DNA from: Bigelowiella natans CCMP2755
Taxonomy: Eukaryota; Protista; Cercozoa
DNA length: 64,000 nucleotides
Direction of reading: 5' to 3'
Assembly: GCA_000320545.1 (NCBI GenBank)
Contig: ADNK01000828.1
Span: 1 to 64,000, forward strand
Program-made: the position numbers and the translations under genes
In this document: positions 36,485 through 53,986 of the stretch, in pieces
How positions within the stretch are numbered: position 1 is the stretch's first letter
Layout: every line of letters starts with the position of its first letter
Notes under the pieces: model-generated
What the model was told of the DNA's origin: nothing
The model's input: the letters and a program-made list of their open reading frames with translations, nothing else
Databases searched by the model: none

Positions 36485-37653
36485 AATTTTGGAATATATG
36501 TTTCAATTCTGCCCGAAATATTCTCAGTGTGAATCTCGCTAACGCAACATCACTGCGTTCTGCTTTAGTTCAAACACAGTTTAAATATCTGCTCATGCAA
36601 CCCTGAGGGAGTTGATCAAAGGGGGAGAAATGACTTACTTTATGAACTATTTGTGCTTTGTTGTGGTTATGCTTCCATGAGACTTGGAATGAATGAAATG
36701 AAACTCCTTAAACGTTGTACACTAGTAGGCCTATCCGATGTTTGATTTTGTGCATGTTTGTCTAGAATTTAAATCATCACTAGTAGGCCTATAACATTGT
36801 ACAGTGGTATCTCGAAAGTAGTCGTAATCGTTGATCGTGTTTCGAAGTAGGAGCAATGTGACAGTAATTGATCGCAACTTCTCACAGTATTCCGACTACA
36901 TGTGATCGACAAAGATGCCAGAGTACAACTAGCTAGGCACTTATGGCTGCGTGTCGCTTGTCATCACGACCGCTAGGCGGCAGCAAAAAATCGTGTTGTA
37001 AACGCAACTCATTTTATTGATCGACACTACAAAAGCAGCGCTAGTCCTCAATCGCGCATATGTGCGTACACACACACACGTTCATGTAGCTAGATCGATG
37101 GCCACAAACTTCAGCTGCGATGCACTAGCTTGCCGACTACCCGAGCCGCTTTTTGCGTTGCTGGGCTTCACAGGCTTGTGATGATGGACACGATAATTCC
37201 GCAGCGTTAACTACTACGCGCGCTTTGTCATGGTGCGGTCGTCCACGCTACCGCCGGCTATGCCATTGTGTTTTCACACCCCAAAACTAACGCTTGCAGC
37301 GTTAACCCTACTATGGGTACATGCAGCACAGCATGCATGCACGTACGTTGTGTGTGGATGACAAACTGAGATGAGCAATGGAAAGATGAAACGAATAAAG
37401 ACAAACAATGATATAGCACTCTATCTGCTCATGGTGCTGCACGTACCGTCACGCGGCGCCGTGCTAGTCAGCGCTTGCGATCATGGCATTGTTCGCCATG
37501 CTATGTCAATTGTACTTACTGAACATGCAGCTTGCTACTACACTACGTACGCCGCGGGCATGTTTTGGCGTTGCGTACAGCACACGTACACCTTGCTAGC
37601 TTGCACACACACACACACACACACACATATATGTACATACATACATTAATATA

Positions 37654-37700
<47 letters not shown>

Positions 37701-37880
37701 CATTATAATTCAAACATATTTGAGTTTACTACGATAGGTTGTAGATCTGAGCTTAGGATTTATCCAAAGTAAACTAAGAGACGAAATGCATGGAATGTGA
37801 AAGCGCAGCAAACGATATAAACTCAAGCGACGCGATCTACGAACTTACGACTACCCAGAATTTTTTCATTTGTACGAAAA

Positions 37881-41413
<3,533 letters not shown>

Positions 41414-42149
41414 GTCGCTATAAATATATTCAGGTCTTTTGAGATCATTTCTCCGAGTTCCTACTTGAAAAATGCCCGTGCAAAAAAGTGCAAAAAAAAT
41501 CCACGGAGTCGTCCGACACCAACTTCTTGCATGAGCCGATTAACATAAATACGACAATGAATTATTGAAGTCGCTTGTGTTCATTTTATCGGATTCTATG
41601 GGACACTTTTATATGTCATATGTTGAGTGCGTCAAGTAAAATAACCTTACTAGTAGATCTACCGGTAATTCTCTGTTCGATTCGTTCTGCACAGTTTCTC
41701 GCTGCCATGTGAATGCATGACTTTGCTGAAATGTCTGCAGTCTCGTGATGCCCAAACGATGTCAAATGGCCTTCTACTTGCAATTCCATGTCATGATGAG
41801 TCTAGATCTAGATCTACCTGTAGATCTATTTTCACGTAGATCTACGAGAACGAGATCACAAGAATGAAAGGCCCTTAAGACTACACACACAACACATGTA
41901 AATGCGATTATTTCAGTTAGTACCGGGCGCTTTTATCAAGGCAATCTATTTTTACCTAATTTAAAAAGGAGGTTCCATGGAGTACATCTACGGCATTTCC
42001 ATGTCGCCTCGCTCGTTGGTCGCCAAAATGTTTATTTAGAAAAAAATTGTTTTTAATTTCCCTTGGATTTTGATTTTGCGACATAGCATTTTCTTTAAAT
42101 TATCATTTTTTAATGCAGTTCAGTAACGCCGAGTCTACGTAACATTTTC

Positions 42150-42551
42150 ATGCTCTTGAAATCAACAGAGCTCTCTGAGATTTCAACAACGAACTGCAAG
42201 CCCCCCCCCCACATGATGATGGAGCATGAAGTGGCACAGAAGAAGCAACGATGTGAATCGCCTCTTGATAAGACAACATCAACCTCTACGTCAATAGCAT
42301 CCCCAACTCAGAATTTTCCTGTGGAACTCGTGAACACGACCATCTTTTCTTTCATGTCGACAATGAGTTCGCCTGGAGGCAGGGGGAAAATTGAGAGTCC
42401 CTTTTCCGTCACTCTCGACAGCGTACCACTTCTGCAGAGAATACAATGTAATAGTTCCAGCGATACGTCTTCTAGTGTAGAATCCTCACCGTCTGGCGGC
42501 TGGAAGAAGAAAAGAAAAAGGAATCAGTTGACCGAATGCAAGTTTGATTAG
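42150..42551 (+). CDS. Hypothetical Ser/Thr-rich protein with a basic NLS-like cluster
   Basis: 133-aa ORF without microsatellite content, ending WKKKRKRNQLTECKFD. No recognised domain. Confidence 0.35.
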   Translation: MLLKSTELSEISTTNCKPPPHMMMEHEVAQKKQRCESPLDKTTSTSTSIASPTQNFPVELVNTTIFSFMSTMSSPGGRGKIESPFSVTLDSVPLLQRIQCNSSSDTSSSVESSPSGGWKKKRKRNQLTECKFD

Positions 42552-42926
42552 TGTCGACACGCTGGTGCAACTCAAAATATCCTCCCTTTTTGTTGAAATT
42601 TTCTAATCAATGAATACAAAGTATCAAAATCTCAACCGAATACTCATCTTCCAAGCTCATTCATTCCAAGCTAGCAAGTACCAAAGCTCACTGTCAAGAC
42701 CACTCATTCCGACTGCAGCTAGCCTCACTTGTGAATCCAGTAATCCATCATCTCCAATTGTTTGTATAGTGTATGCATATTTGTGTTTTCAATTGGACCT
42801 ATTCGAGCCGGAAACCCCGATGTTTAAATTGTTCATTTCATGGAATCATTGGATTCATCATCCGTTGATTCGCTTTTTACCTCATGCCTGGCAACATGTA
42901 CTTTCATCACGTTCTGTTTTTAAATG

Positions 42927-42936
<10 letters not shown>

Positions 42937-42978
<42 letters not shown>
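42937..42978. repeat. (GT)n microsatellite
   Basis: Uninterrupted gt run of about 20 units. Confidence 0.95.
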
Positions 42979-42981
<3 letters not shown>

Positions 42982-43765
42982 ACAAGCTAGCTAGATCGAC
43001 AGCTAAGCATGCATGTGTGTGCCGCATCAGAATGTGTGATGATCGAGGGATGTGATGAACAAATCAAATTCGTTCAATGGTTATCCTGATGTGCAACATG
43101 ATGTGCATGTAGCTGTACGTGCAATGCAGCGGCATTGTGCAGGTGCATGCTTCACCTGGAGCGATTGGTGCACGTGTTGAACCAAGTGCATGAAGGTTGA
43201 GACACATGTTGTCAAGCAGGCACACCTAGACACATTCATTTGACATGGAGACACGCGTGTTGTGTAGACATCGCATCGAATAGACTATAGTAGATGCCTC
43301 ATTGTATATGTCCACATAATTGTTGAACTTGTTTCGTTTCTTTGACCACCGCAACTCGATCAGCATGCAAATTTGTGGGCAACTGTTGGACTCTCCTAGT
43401 CTCTAGCATTGTTGCGAACAATAGACATACGTATGTATAGTGCGACAACATTTGCTGGCGCTGGCGCTGTGCTGTGCGTGCAATGCAATGAAGAGACACA
43501 TGCAATCTCGATGCAACTTGCTTGTGCCAAGTTGCTGCACTTGCGCGCGATGCTGTGCAAAAGGCACGATGCTAGAAATATGTTTGCAAATTACGGACTA
43601 AGTATTGTAAATGCGATATTTGAGGAGCTACCAATCCCTACAAACCACTACTAGAGAAAATTTTCAGTACTGTCACATAATCGTCACAAGTGATCAATGT
43701 AATGAAGCATAGATTCCAGCTCCACCTGCGTCCTTTCATTGTCATCATCTAGGAAAATTTTTAAT

Positions 43766-44323
43766 TTAGAAACTTGCCTTGGAGATTTTTCTTCTTTTCG
43801 AGGACATAACTTTTTGTAAACCTTGAAGTTGTTGAAACATGTTTTTGGTAAGATTCCGAGTTGAGAAGGAAAAGATCGAGACCTCTTGAGCATCCTGTAT
43901 TGCATTTCGAGCTTTGATCTTGTTCTTAAGGTGAGATTCAATCTATTTGGAAAAAATGGTGAATACGAAACTCAAGAGAAGAAGAAGAAATGTGGAAAAA
44001 GAGAAATGCATATATTGCAAATCAACCAACCTGCGCTAATTTGAATACTTCATTTGCATATTCGGGCGAGATCCTATGAATTAAGTGATATTAACTTCCC
44101 TTGAAATATTCGGGTGGAGACGGGGATATGAAAACTACCTCCCAAACGTGATTTTAACGCGCTCTAATGCCTGTGAAGCGTGAAGGGATGCCTGAACCAA
44201 AATACAATATAATATCGGTCACCACATCGGTATCTAACTGATATTTAGATGTCTCCTTTTTTAACAGTAGCCTAAAGGCTACTGTCGCTAATATGTTGGA
44301 CAGGAGGATGATTGTTATTACTT

Positions 44324-44354
<31 letters not shown>

Positions 44355-46096
44355 AACTACCCCAGTGCACTAGATTATGTACCATGGCAAAAATTCCGTG
44401 CGAAGCATACTCTTTAGCGAGTTGGTCGTGTAGTCTATTATAATAAGTCACACAGCAGCAGCAGCAGCCAATTCATAACGTGATCACTTCTGCTAGCTAG
44501 GTATCATCATCATCATCATGAAATTGTAGATAGAAGACTATATAACCAATATATCGCTCAATATGACTGTCTTTCTATGGACACACCTACTATACCGTCT
44601 ACTACCTTGCTATCCTTAAGTTCTCTCTTTCACATGTAATCCGCTTCAAGATGCACAAGGCGATAAAGGTGTGTCTGGTCCGCCTTTCAATGTTTCGGGC
44701 GACCGATGTCGCATTTGTTTTCATACCCCCACTGTTGTTGTCCTTGTAGCTCTTATTGCTAGGACGGGCTCTCTAATTACGATTCATCGGTGCTGCTTAG
44801 GGGTGATTGTAATGATGCATATACTGCTGACTATGATGATGAACTACGATAGTGGTGGTGGTGGTGGTGGGTGACGTGGAAGACTGATTGTCCGACCTCT
44901 AGAGTGGAGGCTAAGTTCATCAACCGATTCAATGCTACGATCTATATTATCAGCAAGACAACGACCGATAGCGACGATGATGATATAAAGCGACAGACAC
45001 ACCAAATGGACTACTACTACTCAATCTATTGTCATTATCATCTAGTACGGAGATAAAGGAACGACATCATCTTACTGATAATGCTACTACTCAATTTATC
45101 GTCATCATCTTGTAGAGAGAATGCCGAATCTTCTTTCTTGTATACTTTTCATTGGAAAGAGATGCTCACCTACCCACTCACCCCCCCCCCACCTACCTTT
45201 TCACGGTCCCCGCAGCTAGGACATTCATCTACTCAACAGACAAAAGAGAAGGATGTGGAGATAATTCATCTACTCAACAGACAAAAGAGAAGGATGTGGA
45301 GATAATTCATTGCTGAAACTACTCAACAGACAAAAGAGAAGGATGTGGAGATAATTCATTGCTGAAACTACCACCACCACCACCGCCTCCATTACTAGCT
45401 GCTACTACTACTACTACTAGGTTAATATTGCTTAGTTAATCTCGCCTACACACACACAAACACACACAAACACATACCTAGGTTGATTTGCATGGTTTGA
45501 CCACATATCGTGCACAACACACCGCGCCATTTTTCATCGATGACAATCTGCGGGGTTGTCCCTCCTCCTCCTCCTCCTCCTCCTTCTCCTTTTCCTTTTC
45601 CTTCTGCATCCAAGTTCTCTTCGTTTGGCATGAAGCATTTTATACAGCCTTTGCATCTACATTTGAACTTATACTGGGAGAGAAGTGCACGCTGTCGGTC
45701 CTGGACGCTCATTTTCCCGACCTATCATAGATTTCCATGACAGTGAAGATGTACTTAGTTATGATGATGATGAAGGCAAGTAAAACGTATCATCTTCTCT
45801 ATTTAGCGATTATGGGATACTACTACTACTACTACTGCTACTGCTACTGCTACTTAATCCCATACTGCTGTTTTCATAACAAACGATGATGATAATAATG
45901 ATGATGATGATGATGATACCACGCCTACCACTATATCGAAGATATATATTTACATATATTTTATATTGTATTTTGTTGAGAGCATACTTGTGGGCCATAG
46001 CAAGGTAAAACTCGACGCTGAGTTTCGATATCCTGTGTAAGTGTGTGTAAGTGTGTGTGTGTGTGTGTGTAAGTGTGTAAGTGTGTGTGTGTATAT

Positions 46097-46129
<33 letters not shown>

Positions 46130-46146
46130 ATTGAAGGGGATGTTGC

Positions 46147-46182
<36 letters not shown>

Positions 46183-46262
46183 GGTCGAAGAGGAGTTATT
46201 ATATGGAATGTAACACGAAGCAAGTGCACACCACACACAACACACACACACACACACACGCT

Positions 46263-46293
<31 letters not shown>

Positions 46294-46663
46294 TCATATA
46301 TATATATATATATATCTACATATGTACGAGAGGCGAACAACAACAACAACAACAACAACAACACTTCCACACCTCAGTCGCTAGTACACTCAGAGTTGGA
46401 CCTGCCGTGAACCTATGATGGGAGAGGAGGGGTACATCTTCCTTATTCATACTTCACCAATAAACACACACACACACACATACGCACATCAGTGTCTGGT
46501 TTCCCTTGGCCTATTATCTGAATATTGATCTCTGTTTTGGATCTCCTCGAGCATGTACTACTACTACTACTACTACTACTACTGCTGCTGCTATTACTAC
46601 CAATAATCAACGGGATAATGATGATGATGATGACATCAACGCATCCTATCACATTGGTGAACG

Positions 46664-46695
<32 letters not shown>

Positions 46696-47145
46696 CTGAG
46701 CTGCGAATTCGGTATGCAAGAGTGATTCATCATGCCTGTTGGTGTTGAGGAGTAGATTGATCATAATGATAATGATGATGATGATGATGGGTGGTGGTGG
46801 CTGATGCTGTCTCAAGGAATGGGAGAACATAAGGCTGGTATGCTAATTATTAGAATCTTGGAGTGTTCTTGCAGTAAGTACTCGCAAATGCAAATAACCC
46901 TAGTCCATATTTCTCCGATAACACCTGTGGCGTGTGATGATGGGGAAGATATGAAGATATGAAGTGAATATGATGATAACGTGAGGATTTCGGGCTAGCA
47001 GGGAGACAAAAACAGAATAGCAAAAAGGAAGGAAGGAAGGAGTGTGCGCGCTATAAATGAACGACTAAGAAAAATATATTCGAAACAACAAACACTATTT
47101 TCAGCATTGTGCGAATTATCAGATACATGCTGAATGAGAAGAAAA

Positions 47146-47178
<33 letters not shown>

Positions 47179-47306
47179 TACATACATTGTTGACAGCCTG
47201 TTCGTTCTGGATTTCCTGCAGGCTCTGACCGCTCACAGCCATTGCATTAAACCTTGTATTATCATCCAAACATATTTTATCATCATCATCATCGTCATCA
47301 TCATCG

Positions 47307-47338
<32 letters not shown>

Positions 47339-47734
47339 TATAGTATATCCCAGATCAGCTGGGGAGTTGAGAAAATAATGAAGCTGGCGGTGCCTGTTTC
47401 TTCTTCTTCTTTTTCTTCTTCTCTTTCTTCTTCTTCTTCTTCATCCTCTTTTTCGTTCTTCTCCTTCTCCACCAACTTTATCTTTGCCAAGTATTCGAGG
47501 ATGCTATATGCATCCATCCTTTGCAGCAACATTCTTTCTCGTGGCACTGTCCTTCGCTCCAGCATTTTGTTGAAGTACCTATTATTGTGGTGGATCGATG
47601 ATAATGACTATTAAGGAGAGGGTTGTCCTTGCGATAAGAAGAAGAGTGTTGGTATAGTTGAAGTAGATCTTTCGTTCTCTTAGTTACTTTTGTGTGCATG
47701 TGTGGATGTGAGCAAGTTGTAATATTCCAGATTG

Positions 47735-47768
<34 letters not shown>

Positions 47769-47890
47769 GTAATATCACCACTCCATCATCACAGCCTGGA
47801 ATCCTAAGTCTTTGAATTCCTTTCGTGAAAGCCTACCGAAGTAACGGTTGTGTGACCAGTACAAAGATAATGCTAACAAATTACCGCTAA

Positions 47891-47921
<31 letters not shown>

Positions 47922-49785
47922 TATACTTTTATAGCAACACAGGAAAGAAAGTGGGTATGATGATGTGGTACACCTACTTATCAAGGTGAGATACGAGTGA
48001 AGAAACTCGTTCAGCTTTACTTCTGCTTTGATCACCATCCTCACCTCTGAGCTCATCGCATAGGAATGTCCTTATCATCGTACGCACTGCCAAGACCTAC
48101 AAAGCAATCATCAAAGGAATAAGCTAAATGGTGGGGGAAACTTTTCCCTTTGCGGAATTTGAGCTACAGGTTGCGGTTATTGATGGTATTATTCTTGTCG
48201 CACCATCTAAGGTGGGGAAGCATGCAGCGTTAGAATCAAGACTGTGAGAGTGGTGGTAATACCGTTTCCTTTGGAACGGCTGTGAATATGGGATGTCCAC
48301 ACTATTATCATTATCATTAATATTCGTGATTCTTATAATAAAATCATGGTTCTTGCACTTAAATGATGATGATGATGATGATGATGGCGGTGGTGGTGGT
48401 GAAGATTCATGCAAGATAGATAGATACATGACCATCCTTCAAGTTGCTACTGCAACAACAGTGAATACAACTACTAGTACCTCAATTGCATGCCAATCGC
48501 TCCAAGCTTTGTCCCTGCATTCGAAGGAGCAATAAACAGCGTAGGCACACGACTTACATGGTATCCAAATATTAAAGTTGCGGATTCTCCGCTTTTCTCC
48601 ATAGGATTTGGGCGTGGGGAGGGGGACTCGTAACGTTTGAAGGCAATAGTGGCATCGGTCGTGTATTTGAGAAGGAGCGATGGCCATGGAAAACCTGCAA
48701 CAAAATATATTTAAATGATATGTGTTTTTTCTTCTTATCATCTTCTCAGATGACGAAAGGGCAGTTCTGGGATCTCAATGATTAATCTATAACTGCTTCT
48801 GTACGTAGTATTACGGTGACTCCCGCAGCACAGTTTGCCCTGCTTTTATTTTTGTCGTTACTCTCATTGTCCGGCCTTCTTCTCCTTGCAAGCAGAAATA
48901 CATGTTGGGGTCGACATCATCTTCATAACTGAATAATGGTAGGTAGCCCCCCCCGTGTGTTCGATGGTAATATATTTTGTGCCTGCATGATCTGTACATT
49001 TACTACCACAAGACTTCTTTGCTTCTTCGATTCGAAGAGGAAATTTGCTTTGACTTTCAGATTTACAGCGAAAGGTGTCAAGAGTTTCTTTCAAGAATTT
49101 TGTTTGACGATGAGTCAGAAGATCTTGCCGTTCACTTTGCAGCTTTTGTGCCTCGTCAGCGGAAGGAGCGGTCCGAATAGCAATCGAAAACGATTCTGCA
49201 GCCTCTAACGATAAACCATATTGTATTGTTAATAACTAAGGACACTTGCTATGTTCTTGCTGAAAATTGCTTTCAATGTGACGACGAACAGCTTTGATGC
49301 AACTCAATGCACACATTATACACGTGTTCGCGGGGTTCCAACCTTCGAAGGCCCCAGTTTCTCTCTCTTTGCGTGCTTTTGTAGCAAAATTGGAGCTTGT
49401 ACTCTTGTGCTTGTCCCACTGTGTGTGCATGAAAGACAATGGCAACAACGTTCGATGGGATCACATGTCGCCGTTAAACTTGTACCTGTGGCCTCCTTTT
49501 GATCATCATTGCGAGGTGGCTGAAGGCTTGCCGCGGACTCTCTCTCATGTAATTTTTCGGCAGTAATCCCGCAGCGATACACATGTCACGAATAGCATCA
49601 AGCTGCGCTCTAATAGCAAATTGTGGTAAGTTCGATGTGATTGTAGGATAAGGGCTTTGTACCTACCTCAGCGGCTTCTTCTGAACCTCATTGTTTAGGT
49701 CGATAGTGCATGCATTGCTACTGCTACTCTCATCATGAAAGAAGCTTGAGTATCGAATCGGTTCTCTTCTTCCGGCCGAAGCCAT
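43766..49785 (-). CDS. SET and MYND domain protein (SMYD-like lysine methyltransferase) with TPR-like regions; many exons
   Basis: Spliced exons give GRTMRVTTKIKAGQTVLRESP (SET N-part), CHYC...CKSCAYAVYCSFECRDKAWSDWH (MYND), GLGLFAFASMMNHSCIPN (NHSC at 46716-46727), LPCYGPQ, RQRALLSQYKFKCRCKGC (post-SET) and C-terminal LHDQLAKEYASHG...SPEYANEVFKLAQ. Confidence 0.85.
45229..45370. repeat. Three tandem copies (periods 41 and 49 bp) of an intronic unit in the SMYD gene
   Basis: Unit ctactcaacagacaaaagagaaggatgtggagataattca starts at 45229, 45270 and 45319. Confidence 0.95.
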
Positions 49786-50746
49786 TTGCGAAGGCCAACC
49801 TTCCCGTAGCTTGTTTTCGGGATGCCCAACTCAGATTAAGATCTTAAATCACATATTGGAATAAAACCCGATAGAAAAATGACCCTTTTGTATTGTACGA
49901 CAAGAGATATATCACAAGATCAGCCATCTGGATCCCAGTACACCGAATCAAAATCCAAGCAGCTCGAAATGTACTAGAGAGTGGAACAGAGACCATGTGT
50001 TCCTTTCATCTCTAAACACAATTATCAGCTTAAGAGTATCGTAAAATGATGATGGTGATGATGACGATGATGATGATAATGATGATGATTGACGATGGTA
50101 ATGGTGTTGATGATGCATCACCTAATCACGGATCATAAGGTTATCTGTTTTTTTCTCGGTGTCCACACATCATTTCCACTGATCATTTCGTGGCTTCGAG
50201 TGTACTATTCATCATCAATTTTACGTATAATTCCCAGGCAAAGGCAGAGGTAATTGCTTCTGTCGAGTCTCCACTAATATACAAAGACAAGACCAGTGAG
50301 CAGAGACGCGACACAAGGATGGTGCGTGAGCAACCAAGAATTCACACCAACAACACATACAAGAGTTTGCTAGTTATGGGTGCTATGTTCCATAGAAACG
50401 GAAGGAGGCATCCAAGGATGACAATGAAAGGAAAGAACCTGTATTTAGGCTCAACGATCTTGTTTTGGTACGTCGCTGGTTGTTGGTCTTCTTCTGAGAT
50501 GACGATGCTGGTGGTAACTATTGACTTCGAACCAATCTGTAACTAGGTTAAAATGCAAACCACTTATGATATCAACCGAATGGTATCAGCTTCCTCCTCC
50601 GCATGTGAGGTACTGAGAAGCACCACCATCACCACCACCACCACCACCACCACCGCCCTTGCCCCTTTTGGAGCTGCTGCTGCTGCTGCATTGTTTGAAG
50701 CACTTAGTCAAGGGGTGATTCGCTACCAACTCTTACTAATATTCAG

Positions 50747-52205
50747 GTCATCGACCCGCACACAAGAAGCCAGCGAAGCTTGGTAAAGTTTTGAGAACGA
50801 ACCCCCTTCTCACTTTTGCCATCTAATACATTTGATATGCGCCAGGATTGGATGTCTGTATGGCCATTACCTCGAAATGCTGCTTCGAGGCTCTATCCTG
50901 GAAATTCAGCATTGGCCTTATGGAACAATGGTTGGGCGGGGGGCAGTACCGACTCCTCATGGACAACAACATATTACCCAGGTCCTTTTCAGACGTCGGA
51001 TATATCATCATCATCATCATCATCATCATTATCATCACCACTACCCCACACCGCCGCCGCCTTCCTTACCTGTGTTCTTTCTCCAGTTACGGTTACCAAA
51101 AGAGGAGCAGAAAATGGCTTCATCACTGTCAAATTTGAGGTTAAAATGGAATATTGAAAATACTTCTAATGCTGTAAGTACGTGTGGTTATGAACGATAT
51201 GAATCAAATGCAGAGTGACGTGACTGAGCGGAAGGTCCCTTCTCAAGTCCAACTTGATGATGTGGTACTTATTTCAATCATCCCATATTTTGTATCAAAC
51301 TGACGATTATTTTTATTTTTTGATAGTATGGAAGCGTTCCAGGTGTATCATTTCTCTCCGCTCCTTTTGGATCTGACATGCAGCAAGTCCTGCATGCTAC
51401 ACAGGCAGCTTGCTCACCTTCTCCGGAGCACCAACCGGCAGCGAAACGTGCGAAGACTGTAAGTCTATACTACACTTTCTGTTTCTCTCTTAGGTGTAGT
51501 AAATATCATGCTATTCTTGTTCAGGAGATAATGTCTGAGGAAGATTCGGAAGAAGATGTACCAATTGCACTGAAAGTAACACGGAAGGATCAAGTGGCAG
51601 ATACGAGTTCTTCTGCTGCCACCGTGAAACCCAATCCCCTCTTGTCAGCCCCGATTAAAAAGAAACATCGTCCGTTCGGTATAGAAGTTAAACTCTCGAA
51701 TCCTGACAAAATCGTACTGAAGAAGATATCTAGAGCTAAGCGGGAAAGAGCTCAACAAGCAGCAGCATCTTCTTCAAAATCATTATCAGCAAGGACTGCT
51801 CCTCGTAGGAGCATCACGGGCGGTTCCCTTCTCCTTTCACACAAGATAAATCCTTCAAACGTTCAGACATTTAGACCACAACCTGTGGCAGCGGCTTCTG
51901 CTGCTACTTCTGTCTCGTGGATGGACACCAAGACAGTAGAGCAAAGTGCTATTCCGCACGATTCAAGCAGTTATCAAGTTCCTCTCACGCCAATCAAGGT
52001 TGACCTCAGCGAATCGTATCTTCTCGGCCCCCTTAAAACTGAAGACAAAGGTGTTATTCCGACCGATGCCTCCAAAAATGAGGACGACCCACGAGGGTTT
52101 GTCAGTGCCCTCGGGGCGTGGCATTTCTGGGATCAAGCTAAGCGCCTTCCATCTAGATCGACTGAAACGTCACAATTTGTTGTAGCTGCGTATGTGCTAC
52201 CTTGA
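50747..52205 (+). CDS. Tudor-domain protein (SGF29-like) with a long low-complexity C-terminus; 5' exons unresolved (probably from ~49.9-50.6 kb)
   Basis: Phase-consistent exons 50747-50782, 50846-50981, 51087-51139 and onward give VIDPHTRSQRSLDWMSVWPLPRNAASRLYPGNSALALW...WTTTYYPVTVTKRGAENGFITVKFE, matching the SGF29 second-Tudor pattern (PLP...VLAL...TTxFY...V.FED). An exon from 51327 is in frame with the 51378 ORF. Confidence 0.65.
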
Positions 52206-52776
52206 AGATAATACTACGTTAAATCATTATTATTTTATTTGCTAATTTTTATCGTCCAATACTGTGATCTTTTAACGCGTGAGACGAATGGTGTCGAAAT
52301 TTGCATACCCTGTTCAGCTCGAGCTACGTGCATGCGCGTGTACAAAGATGGATGGGAATGAGAGAGGGGCGTGATAAAAACAAAAGGCAAGGTGAGAGTT
52401 ATGCTAACACGTTATATTTCGGCCGTGCGCTGCATAACTGCAATCATGTTGCTACGCCGCTATATTAACCAGCTAGCTAGGCCATGCTGTAGTCATTTGG
52501 TATGCTTAGAAGCATCAGTCGATGCTACGCTAAAAAAGCGATCGCAAGCTCTGCGTACGTGCATCGCATATGAGGCTCCAACATACATTGCGCGAACTTG
52601 TAGCGAGGTGTTCATCAGTAGCGCGCACTTTTCATTCTTAAAGTTACCTCGTTATTTGTTTATATGCAGATAAAACCATAATCATTTTTGCCTTTGCATA
52701 CACCTCGCAAACTAAAATAGAAAACAACTCTGCATCTAAATATAGTGTCGAGTATGCACAAATATGCTCAACGAAT

Positions 52777-53986
52777 TTACATTCTATTCATCTGAAAATA
52801 CTGGGGATGAGTTTTAGACGTAACGGGGGGGGCACTCCATCCAGGCAAATCCCCGAGTTTAGAAGCAATATAATTGAACCTATGATGTATAAAACTGAAG
52901 GCGTAGTCTATGTACATTAAACCATGATCGCACCTCTTTGCATTGACACGAAGATCCAAGAATCCTAAGCGAGATGCAGTCCGAAGACCAACCTTTTGGA
53001 CACAAAATCAGCTGTAAATATGTATTCTTTCTTATTTATATATTAGAATTCTACATAACGAGATTTATGTTGATGGAAATAAACGATTGTTACAACAAGC
53101 TGTACGACAAAAAGTGCGTTAGTGAGATCTCAAGTCACCGTTCCATCAGGATTTACTGAAACTTCGAAATCATCTAAAAAAAAAAATCATTAAAGAGACG
53201 ATTGAGAATTTCAAATAATATTCCCTTCCATTACCAATATATCCTTTTTTGAGTGACTCATATTGAACGTATACATATCCGTTCTTTTCGTCTTGTTTCA
53301 CGATTTTAAAGCCACCACCGTCGATATTATCTTTGAGTACACAAATGTGGGAATCAATGATTTAATTTGAAGTAATGATAGAATTTCTCACCATGTCCTA
53401 CTTCGTAACTTTTCAACACATTTAGAATATCTTGGAAGGCCTCATTACGGCCCTTCGAATATTTGAAAGGCTGTACAAGGTACGATTTGTACAATTCTCC
53501 CTCGATGTCATCTGAACGTTAAAAACTTTATAAAAAGAGACAATCGTAATCTTATGGTCTTATCTACCAGGGTTTGCCGAGGTGGAGAAGCAATTGGGCT
53601 TTACAAAGTCGCATCCTTTAAGCGACCCATCAGAACGTAGGCCAAGGTCTTTTGGTTGTGGCCCAGGTGTCTTCGGGTATGGTTCGAGCTTTACCTTGTG
53701 GTGGGAGGAGCATGTTTGTTAAGCAAGATTCTTGTACATGTTTTATTTTATGCCAAGCTACCGGAAGCCTGTTCTCAAAGGAGTAGGAGGTTCTGGGAGA
53801 TGTTAGAGAATTGATGCACGTTGAAAGTGCTATCCCTGGGCCAAGTTGTGTTACGATAGCTCTCCTAGACCGCGCTGGCCCTCCACCACTCAGTAAACGA
53901 AGAGATCCTGAGGCCACAATGCTCCCCACCGATATCATTGATACTGCTACTACTGCGTAGGCAGTTCTTGTGGAACGGGGGAAAGC
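52777..53986 (-). CDS. DUF1499-family (thylakoid-lumen-type) protein with a plastid-targeting-like leader; multi-exon, first exon unresolved
   Basis: Spliced [88 protein letters not shown]...THPQYF. Leader [20 protein letters not shown] followed by an R/S-rich stretch, then FENRLP. Confidence 0.85.

Noticed and set aside
43684-43941. 85-aa ORF from the ORF track
   Set aside because: A different frame of the same region is the phase-consistent last exon of the SMYD gene (IESHLKNKIKARNAIQDAQE...ASF*).
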